DNA of 64,000 nucleotides from an uncultured virus (IMG/VR IMGVR_UViG_3300021599_002910) (taxonomy: Duplodnaviria > Heunggongvirae > Uroviricota > Caudoviricetes): positions 62,001-126,000 of IMG/VR virus record IMGVR_UViG_3300021599_002910, one strand, 5' to 3'. A program made the position numbers and the translations under genes. Shown here in pieces: positions 56,671 to 64,000 of this stretch (position 1 is the stretch's first letter; each line of letters begins with the position of its first letter). The notes under the pieces are model-generated. The model was given only the letters and a program-made list of their open reading frames with translations. It was not told where the DNA came from and made no database searches.

Positions 56671-57275
56671 ATAAAGTTTTCTAATCTTTCAATATGTGTT
56701 TTAACCATCGGGTGGTCTTGAATATCATTAAATTCACCACCCGATTTTTTTATATGTCGAATTGTGTCTACAATTGACCTGAGGGACATCTGAACACTTT
56801 TTGACATCGATGGATATTGTTCGATATAGTGTGATAAATTGAACTGCCCTTTGGCAAACCAAATGGGTATTTCTAATTTAATAACTAATTTGGCAATCAT
56901 ATTTTTTGCAAACTGGTCTGCATCCAGTTCCATTTCCCAGTATTGATTATATAGTTTTTCAAAATCCTCCAAATCATAATCGGTTAAGGGATTATCCATC
57001 TTAATATCTCGGATTTGTTTTTCGTGACGTATTTCGTGAAATATGGTATAAAGAAAATCACCAATTGTTCTCATGTTCATTGGCGAACAAATGATTACTT
57101 GTTCTTTGGTTCTTACCCCACTGAAACCGGTTCCACATGAATTCAAAAACTTGATTGTGATTTTGTTTTTATTAATATAATCAACAACAAATTTTTCGAT
57201 AATGTCAACTTTTGATTTAAATTCATCAGGAAACTGTTCTTTGAACTGACCTAATAATCTTGAAAAATTACTCAT
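56667..57275 (-). CDS. HExxH metallopeptidase-like protein
   Basis: FHEIRH...ELDADQFA. Confidence 0.65.
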   Translation of the reverse strand: MSNFSRLLGQFKEQFPDEFKSKVDIIEKFVVDYINKNKITIKFLNSCGTGFSGVRTKEQVIICSPMNMRTIGDFLYTIFHEIRHEKQIRDIKMDNPLTDYDLEDFEKLYNQYWEMELDADQFAKNMIAKLVIKLEIPIWFAKGQFNLSHYIEQYPSMSKSVQMSLRSIVDTIRHIKKSGGEFNDIQDHPMVKTHIERLENFI

Positions 57276-57316
57276 ACTTATAAATACAAAAAAAGGGGGA
57301 ATATCCCCCTTTTCTA

Positions 57317-59332
57317 TTATCTTCCTTTCTTAACAACCTTAACAGTATCTTCTTCTACTTTGACAATATAGTTTTTTCCTTCTACTAATTTGTCGGTCAA
57401 AACTTCTTCTGAAATCAAATCCTCGACTTTATCTTGGATTGCTCGTTTGAGAGGTCTTGCACCATATAGTTCATCGAATCCAACTTTTGCGAGATGTTCA
57501 GTCAAGGTCTCATCGTATGTGATTTTATAATTCATTTCGTTGAGACGTGAGATTAACTTATCAAGTTCAATCTTAGTGATTTTTTTAATATCATCTTGAC
57601 TAAGAGAGTTGAATACAATTGTATCGTCAATACGATTCAAAAACTCAGGAGAGAAGAAATTTTTCATTTCCTTCATCAATACTTGTTTCTTGGCCTCTTC
57701 ATTACTATAAGTGCTAGAACCAAACCCAATACCTGTTCCAAAATCTTGTAATTTCTTTACACCGAGGTTTGATGTCAAAATAATCAAGGTATTTTTGAAA
57801 TTGATTTTACGACCTAAGCTGTCAGTTACATGTCCATCATCTAAAATTTGAAGAAGAATTGTGAACACATCTTTGTGCGCCTTTTCAACTTCGTCGAAAA
57901 GAATAACTGAGTATGGTTTATTTTTTACCTTTTCAGTCAACTGTCCACCTTCTTCGTAACCTACGTAACCTGGAGGAGCACCTACTAATTTAGATACGGT
58001 ATGTTTTTCTTGATATTCACTCATATCAACTCTGATTAGGGAGTCTTCACTTCCAAACATTTCTTTTGCCAATTGTTTAGCTAAGTGAGTTTTACCCACA
58101 CCTGTCGAACCCAAGAAAACAAATGAACCGATGGGACGATTTGGGTCTTTGATACCAAGTCTGTTTCTTTTGATTGCCTTAGCAATTTTCCTAACAGCAT
58201 CGTCTTGTCCAATGACTTTACCTATTAATTCCTTATCCAAATTGACAAGAGCTTTAGTGTCATCAACACTCATTTTATTCACAGGGATTTTGGTCATAGA
58301 AGAAACCACATCATACACATCCTCAACGGAAATTTGTTGTTTGTTGTTAATCATTTCTTCTTCGAATTTCTTCTTCTCAGTATCCAATTTGTCCAACAAT
58401 TTCTTTTCCTTATCGCGTAACTGTGCCGCTTGTTCGTAGTTCTGTTTTTTTACTACATCAACTTTTAACTGACGTATTTCAGCCGCCTTCTTTTTCAATT
58501 CTTCGATTGATTCAGGGACCTTGAGTTCTGTCTGCATTCTTGCACCTACTTCATCCAAGATGTCGAATGCTTTATCAGGGAATTCACGGTCGGTGATGTA
58601 TCGGTCTGCAAGTTTAACACATGATTCGATGACCTCATCCGAATATGAAACCTTGTGATAACTTTCATATTTCTCACGGATGTTTTTGAGAATTTGGATT
58701 GTTTCAACAACTGTTGATGGGTCAACAACAACTTTTTGGAATCTACGCTCTAGTGCCCCGTCTTTTTCTATATTCTTTCGGAATTCATCGAGGGTTGTAG
58801 CACCGATAATTTGAATCTCACCGCGTGAAAGAGCGGGTTTGAAAATATTGGAACCATCCATAGACCCCGCCGAGTTACCAGAACCAACCAATGTGTGTAC
58901 TTCATCAATGAATACAACAACGTTCGGATTGGATTGTAGTTCTTCGATGATAACTTTCATTCTTTCCTCAAATTGGCCGCGATATTTTGTTCCTGCGACA
59001 ACAGAGGTAAGGTCTAAGTTTACGATACGTTTGTCAACTAAGTTACGGGGACAATCACCACTTACAATTTTCATTGCCAGTCCCTCAACAATTGCGGTTT
59101 TACCACAACCTGGTTCTCCGATAATAATTGGATTGTTCTTTTTTCTTCTTGAAAGAATTTGTGCAATTCTCAAGATTTCTCTGTCGCGACCTATAACTGG
59201 GTCCAACTTACCTTGTTCTGCGAGCTTATTTAAGTCTCGACTAAAATTATCCAACACAGGGGTTGGACTGTCTGATGATTGTTTTTGTTTCTTGCTCATC
59301 ATTTTTTCGTCGTCATCCATTAAATCATTCAT
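57317..59332 (-). CDS. clpC: ClpC-type AAA+ unfoldase lacking the N-terminal Clp repeat domain
   Basis: LDPVIGR, GEPGCGKT, FIDEVH, UVR-like middle domain, GSTGVGKT, FDEVEKAH, IGF loop, GARPL. Confidence 0.88.
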   Translation of the reverse strand: MNDLMDDDEKMMSKKQKQSSDSPTPVLDNFSRDLNKLAEQGKLDPVIGRDREILRIAQILSRRKKNNPIIIGEPGCGKTAIVEGLAMKIVSGDCPRNLVDKRIVNLDLTSVVAGTKYRGQFEERMKVIIEELQSNPNVVVFIDEVHTLVGSGNSAGSMDGSNIFKPALSRGEIQIIGATTLDEFRKNIEKDGALERRFQKVVVDPSTVVETIQILKNIREKYESYHKVSYSDEVIESCVKLADRYITDREFPDKAFDILDEVGARMQTELKVPESIEELKKKAAEIRQLKVDVVKKQNYEQAAQLRDKEKKLLDKLDTEKKKFEEEMINNKQQISVEDVYDVVSSMTKIPVNKMSVDDTKALVNLDKELIGKVIGQDDAVRKIAKAIKRNRLGIKDPNRPIGSFVFLGSTGVGKTHLAKQLAKEMFGSEDSLIRVDMSEYQEKHTVSKLVGAPPGYVGYEEGGQLTEKVKNKPYSVILFDEVEKAHKDVFTILLQILDDGHVTDSLGRKINFKNTLIILTSNLGVKKLQDFGTGIGFGSSTYSNEEAKKQVLMKEMKNFFSPEFLNRIDDTIVFNSLSQDDIKKITKIELDKLISRLNEMNYKITYDETLTEHLAKVGFDELYGARPLKRAIQDKVEDLISEEVLTDKLVEGKNYIVKVEEDTVKVVKKGR

Positions 59333-59530
59333 AGTAGATATTTTTACAAATTAACATCAAATTTGAGACACAAACAAATGTTTTGACAAATTGACAGGAT
59401 TTATTTTTTTTATTGACACTTTGTCATATTATCTATAATTCCACTTACAAATTGTCATTTGTGGTGGTTTGGTATCAAAGTTGACTACTCAAAAATAAAT
59501 AATAAATTTATAAAACAAAAATTAAAAATT

Positions 59531-59929
59531 ATGTATTACTCAAATTTCTCAAATTTTGAAGACCTTATGGATTCATTCTTTAACAACAAAAGGGGAAATT
59601 ACAATTTCACCACCTCAGTGTTAAAAAATAATTCTGAAGAAAATTATGAAATAAACCACACCAAAGACGGTGCTTATCTTTTTTTCGAAGCACCAGGATT
59701 CAACAAAACAAATTTGAAAGTAGAAATGGAAGATGGTGTTTTACATATTGACGGAATGAGAAACTATAAACTGAATGGTGAAGAAAAAACCAAGAAAATT
59801 TCTAAGGAATTTAAAATTGGTGAAGGTTACAATCCTTCATCAATCGAAGCAACAATTGAAGACGGCATGTTAACAGTTTTTGTTCCCAATTATATAAAAC
59901 AAGAAAAGAAAAGAATTAGTATTCTATAG
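59531..59929 (+). CDS. small heat-shock protein (Hsp20)
   Basis: EAPGFNK..LKVEMEDGVLHI...IEATIEDGMLTVFVP; start moved to MYYSN. Confidence 0.85.
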   Translation: MYYSNFSNFEDLMDSFFNNKRGNYNFTTSVLKNNSEENYEINHTKDGAYLFFEAPGFNKTNLKVEMEDGVLHIDGMRNYKLNGEEKTKKISKEFKIGEGYNPSSIEATIEDGMLTVFVPNYIKQEKKRISIL

Positions 59930-59978
59930 GCTCTGAAAAGGAACATCCATAACCCTCGTTATCAATGGCGGGGGTTTT

Positions 59979-60560
59979 TTATATGTCCAAACATTTCAAT
60001 TTACCATCCTTACTATAACCAAAATTGTAACGATGTGCATCAACAAGTGTCTCATGACCAACAATTTTTTCAATAGCTCTTTCACAATCTTTGAAAAGTT
60101 TAAAATATTTGATAAAAAGACTATAGGTTTGTTTGTCGTAATCTCTCAGTTTCTCTGAAATTTCTGTTATTGTTTTTTGGTCATGCCCATGATTGGTGTA
60201 TATGTCGGTAATATCTCTTCCGTATGAACCATCTTCAGAATCGATAATTCCAATTTCTTCTAATTTTTCTTCAATTTGTTGCCATTCGTTTAAAACCCTA
60301 TTTGTTTCCAATTTTTCTATCTCGGCGTAATAATTCCATTTATCCAATTTTCCTGTTCTGTAAACTTGTGCAAAAATATCAGGATTTGAACGGAATACTT
60401 CGACCCAATATCCTACACCCTCATCTCCCACTTTGAATAGTCTATCGGGGTTAGATTTGGATGCATATATTCTATGTTCCATACCACGATTGAATTCGTC
60501 TTTTTTTTGGGTTCTTACCTCAATTAAAACTTTTTTTATTATTTTTTCTAAAGATGACAC
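59979..60560 (-). CDS. protein-kinase-like fold protein
   Basis: G..HRIY, LFKV, DAHRYN (catalytic-loop-like), CLD. Confidence 0.5.
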   Translation of the reverse strand: MSSLEKIIKKVLIEVRTQKKDEFNRGMEHRIYASKSNPDRLFKVGDEGVGYWVEVFRSNPDIFAQVYRTGKLDKWNYYAEIEKLETNRVLNEWQQIEEKLEEIGIIDSEDGSYGRDITDIYTNHGHDQKTITEISEKLRDYDKQTYSLFIKYFKLFKDCERAIEKIVGHETLVDAHRYNFGYSKDGKLKCLDI

Positions 60561-60602
60561 GATATTAGTAAATAGTAATAATCATCAGAACTATTTAACA
60601 AT

Positions 60603-60905
60603 ATGGAACTATGGAAAAAATTTGTTGAGGATAATTCCTCCTTCCAAGAAATCTTAGAAAAATACTTGGAACTTAGAATTATATTTCAAGAACAAGGTTA
60701 TTCTGATAAGTCTCTTGAAAGTGTATCGTCTGGTCCAATCCGAATTTTTGAAATCAGAGCAGAAATATCCATGCTTGCAGACAATCTTCAAAAACAATTA
60801 AAAAATTATGGGTTTGATGTTTCTCATGATGATTTCATACTTTATTTAAAACCTAAATTATCTAAAATTGATTCATTAACCCCACTCGAAAATGGCAATA
60901 ATTAA
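60603..60905 (+). CDS. hypothetical protein
   Basis: 100-aa ORF. Confidence 0.6.
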   Translation: MELWKKFVEDNSSFQEILEKYLELRIIFQEQGYSDKSLESVSSGPIRIFEIRAEISMLADNLQKQLKNYGFDVSHDDFILYLKPKLSKIDSLTPLENGNN

Positions 60906-61134
60906 AGAAGAAATTAAAGGAACAAAGATTTTGAATGAAATAAAATCTTCAAATATCAAAAAAAGCGAATATGATACTGAAACTAAAAAAATGATTGTTG
61001 AATTTAACAACGGGTTTCGATATGAATACGATGAAGTTCCACATCAGATTTACACAAAGTTCAGAAAATCAGAATCACAAGGAAAGTTTTTCACAACTGA
61101 TATTTCAAAAAAATTCAAATATAAAAAACTATAA
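60892..61134 (+). CDS. KTSC domain protein
   Basis: SSNI...YD...VEF.NG..Y.Y..VP...S.GKFF...I. Confidence 0.85.
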   Translation: MAIIKEEIKGTKILNEIKSSNIKKSEYDTETKKMIVEFNNGFRYEYDEVPHQIYTKFRKSESQGKFFTTDISKKFKYKKL

Positions 61135-61155
61135 CACTCTGACTATTTATTTAGG

Positions 61156-61899
61156 ATGAGTAATTTTCAAAAAATTATAAGTAGTTTTTCGGTTCGTGAT
61201 ACTTTGAATCCAAAAATTTGGGAAAATCCAAATGACCCAAAGGAGGCAACTTTGAAACCTAAAATCAGAAAAGGGTTAATGAAGATTGCTGAAGAATTTG
61301 TGGATGATTTAGGTGATGATGTTTTTGTTGAAGACGTGTTTCTAATGGGTTCTTTGGCAAACTACAATTGGTCTGAGTTTTCAGACTTTGATTTACACGT
61401 TATTATAGATTTTGAGAGATACGGAAAAGAAAAAGAACTTTACGTAGAACTATTTGACTTAAAAAAGAAAATATTCAATTCCAAACACAATATCAAAATT
61501 TATGGATATGATGTGGAAGTCTATGCGCAGGGTGAATCTGACGAACACCACAGTGATGGTGTATTTTCAATAATGAATGACGAATGGATTCATAAACCTG
61601 AAAAAAAGGAATTGAAGCTTAATATGTCAGTTTTGAAAAATAAAATCAAATGTTGGACTGAAAAAATTGACGATGCTGTTGAAGACGCTAAATCAACAGG
61701 TAAAACTGAAGAGTTGAAAAAATTGAAAGAAAAACTCAAAGACTACAGACAATCAGGTTTAAATAAAGACGGTGAATTCTCATATGAAAATTTAGTTTTC
61801 AAATTTTTGAGAAGGTCAGGACACATTGGAAAATTATTCGATGAAAAAACGAAAATCAAAGACAAAGAACTTTCAATTGAAATTAAGTCTCTTGATTGA
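61156..61899 (+). CDS. DNA polymerase-beta-superfamily nucleotidyltransferase
   Basis: GSLANYNW...SDFDLH and DVEVY. Confidence 0.75.
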   Translation: MSNFQKIISSFSVRDTLNPKIWENPNDPKEATLKPKIRKGLMKIAEEFVDDLGDDVFVEDVFLMGSLANYNWSEFSDFDLHVIIDFERYGKEKELYVELFDLKKKIFNSKHNIKIYGYDVEVYAQGESDEHHSDGVFSIMNDEWIHKPEKKELKLNMSVLKNKIKCWTEKIDDAVEDAKSTGKTEELKKLKEKLKDYRQSGLNKDGEFSYENLVFKFLRRSGHIGKLFDEKTKIKDKELSIEIKSLD

Positions 61900-61948
61900 T
61901 AATAATTAGTTATTTTATATAAATCGTATATTTATAAAGAAAAATTAG

Positions 61949-62959
61949 ATGGCTTTAGTTACATATCTTATTGGTGCTTGTAGTGGCGGTCCAGCGATAC
62001 TAGTCGATTTTGATAGTTCAAATCTCCCTGCGGTAAACGGGAATTACTTTTTAAGATTCACAGGAGCTACAGCTGAGGGTTGTTATGACATTATCGATAA
62101 TGCTGAGCCTACAACAGGTTTGGATGTGGTTAGTTTCATGTCATCTGATTATGGTGATTGTGCAACATGTCAAGCGGTTGTCACCCCAACGCCTACACCA
62201 TCAGTTACCACAACTCAAACTCCTACGGTAACATCAACACCTCCTGTAACAGGAACTCAAACACCTACTCCAACAAGAACTCCTTCAGTTACGTCAACAC
62301 CAACTCCGTCGGTAACGGCAACAAACACACCAACGAATACCAATACAGGAACACCTGCTCAAACATCAACACCTACACCATCAGTATCGGCAACATTAAC
62401 TCAAACACCAACAAACACAGGAACTCCAGCGGTTACACCGACAACAACAACTACACCTACTGTGTCTCCGACTGTAACATCAACGCCAACAGGAACACCA
62501 CCTGTGACACCAACAAACACAACAACACCTACGCCAACAAGAACTCCAACTCCAACACCTCCAGGATTCTGGTTAATTACGGATTGTATTGGAACAACAT
62601 GGAGTGTAGAGATTTCAGGAGTTTCACCAACTATTGGTGAAATGTATTTATTCACGTTTGATAACAACAATTTAGATTATAACTGTTATTTCATAACTGA
62701 TACAAGTTATGGTCCAATCGTTGCAACTGCAACATTTGTAGACGGTCCATTTGTTGATTGTGCAGATTGTGGTGTGGTTTATACTGGAACTTCTGTAAAC
62801 CAAAATTATGAATATACTGCTGAAATGTTAGGTTCGTTCAGTGGCGGGACATTACCTGCAGGAACACAAGTACCTCATCCAGCATACGCAACCGAGAATG
62901 GCATTGCGATACAACTAAACGCAATAACCTTAGGAGGGTTTAACGGATTAAACAACTAA
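61949..62959 (+). CDS. Thr/Pro-rich repeat protein with Cys-containing flanking domains, likely virion surface
   Basis: About 130-aa TPTPT/TPTVT tract between two domains ending in DCxxC. Confidence 0.75.
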   Translation: MALVTYLIGACSGGPAILVDFDSSNLPAVNGNYFLRFTGATAEGCYDIIDNAEPTTGLDVVSFMSSDYGDCATCQAVVTPTPTPSVTTTQTPTVTSTPPVTGTQTPTPTRTPSVTSTPTPSVTATNTPTNTNTGTPAQTSTPTPSVSATLTQTPTNTGTPAVTPTTTTTPTVSPTVTSTPTGTPPVTPTNTTTPTPTRTPTPTPPGFWLITDCIGTTWSVEISGVSPTIGEMYLFTFDNNNLDYNCYFITDTSYGPIVATATFVDGPFVDCADCGVVYTGTSVNQNYEYTAEMLGSFSGGTLPAGTQVPHPAYATENGIAIQLNAITLGGFNGLNN

Positions 62960-62978
62960 AAAAATTATAATTTAAGAT

Positions 62979-64000
62979 ATGGCAGACTTAAAACCAATTG
63001 GAAGTGAAAAGCTCACAGGCCAAGAAAAAATTAAAAGAATTATGGAAATAGCTCGTTTCAATGAGTCTATTCCTAATCAAATTAATGAGACAAGTAGAAG
63101 CGAATATTCTATCGGTCTAGCTGACGGTAATTCTTATGAGATTGTAAAAGAAAGACAAGGTTACATCATTAAGAAAATGGTATCTGAAGGTCAGACAGAT
63201 TACATCGAGCCGATGAAGAATAGAAAATATTATTCATCATATTCTCAAGCATTCAAAAGATTGAATTTATTGGCGGGAGAGTTGAATAGAATTAACGAAA
63301 ACGAAGAAGGTGTCTCACTTTATGGTGAGCAAAAAAAAATCGTTTTAAAGACTCCAAAACCCGTTGCTGAACCACAGGATGTTCCACCAGCTGAACCACC
63401 TGCAGTTCCATCTCCTGAATTACCACCATCACCTGATGCTGAAGTTTCTGCCGCAGATGCACCAGATGCAATTGGCGGTGAAGAAATGGGAATGGAAGAC
63501 ATGGGGGCTGATGAAATGGGTGCACCTGAAGGTGAAGTTGAAATGGATGCTGAAGTAGAAATTGGTGGAGAAGAGAAAGTTACATTCAAAACAATACAAA
63601 AACTTACTGGTAAACTCACACAAAAAATAAGAACTCTTGATAGTGAAGAAGGTATGACATCTGAAAACGTGAAATACGTTATCAACATGGTTTTATCTTC
63701 ATTGGATTTAGGTGTTTTAAGTGAAGAAGATAAAGAAGATATTTTATCTAAATTTGAAGAGGTTGAAGGTGAAGATGAAGAAATGGGTATGGAAGAACCA
63801 TCAGCAGAGGAAGATATTACTTATGATACTGAAGTAGAAGATATCCAAACAGATATGGACATTCCAGTTGAAGGTGAGGTAGGTGAACAATGGGATACAA
63901 TTGCAAGAGCAGCGGCACCTGTAGTAGCATCTTATGTAACTTCGAAACTAACACAATCAGACGAGCAAGAAAAGAAATCTACTAATGGAGCAATTTTTGA
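62979..64000 (+). CDS. acidic hypothetical protein, 3'-truncated by the window edge
   Basis: ATG at 62979 (MADLKPIGSEKLTGQEKIKRIMEIARFNES...); Glu/Pro-rich; appears open to the end. Confidence 0.7.
   Translation, partial: MADLKPIGSEKLTGQEKIKRIMEIARFNESIPNQINETSRSEYSIGLADGNSYEIVKERQGYIIKKMVSEGQTDYIEPMKNRKYYSSYSQAFKRLNLLAGELNRINENEEGVSLYGEQKKIVLKTPKPVAEPQDVPPAEPPAVPSPELPPSPDAEVSAADAPDAIGGEEMGMEDMGADEMGAPEGEVEMDAEVEIGGEEKVTFKTIQKLTGKLTQKIRTLDSEEGMTSENVKYVINMVLSSLDLGVLSEEDKEDILSKFEEVEGEDEEMGMEEPSAEEDITYDTEVEDIQTDMDIPVEGEVGEQWDTIARAAAPVVASYVTSKLTQSDEQEKKSTNGAIF

Noticed and set aside
58131..59354. Plus-strand ORFs 58131..58439 and 58839..59354
   Set aside because: Antisense shadows of clpC.
62180..62565. 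ACACC/ACTCC-rich repeats as a DNA repeat element
   Set aside because: Explained by Thr/Pro codons of the 61949..62959 protein. The overlapping ORFs at 62158 and 62401 are shadows.
63292..63688. Short ORFs near the right end of the window
   Set aside because: Shadows of the plus-strand ORF starting at 62979, which runs off the window.
1..64000. CRISPR array
   Set aside because: I saw no regularly spaced direct repeats with unique spacers and no cas-like ORFs.
1..64000. Stop-codon reassignment, as in some large phages
   Set aside because: Recognisable genes (thyA, clpP, clpC, ppk2, the TonB-dependent receptor) are full length under code 11. TAG and TGA both end genes, and no suppressor tRNA was found.

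Overview
AT-rich, gene-dense 64-kb segment that reads as part of a very large (jumbo/huge) tailed-phage genome. The host is probably in Bacteroidota, based on TAnnTTTG promoter elements, a T9SS C-terminal sorting domain, a Bacteroidota-style TonB-dependent receptor and DS/DT-motif lipoproteins. The genetic code appears standard. The window holds 21 canonical tRNAs, a tmRNA, ClpP, a ClpC-type ATPase, Hsp20, ThyA, PPK2, two tandem carbamoyltransferases, three 2OG-Fe(II) oxygenases, two sulfotransferase-like proteins, a GH19 endolysin, a seven-gene secreted/outer-membrane module and many hypothetical proteins. The most striking unannotated signal is that each of the two tRNA arrays sits behind a short leader ORF plus an intrinsic terminator. 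An 8-nt segment of each leader is complementary to its terminator, and each leader peptide is built from codons read by the tRNAs downstream of it. This suggests ribosome-mediated attenuation of phage tRNA operons. Several unknown structured RNAs, including a 158-nt tRNA-like molecule, lie among the tRNAs. All family assignments come from motif recognition by eye; no database searches were run.
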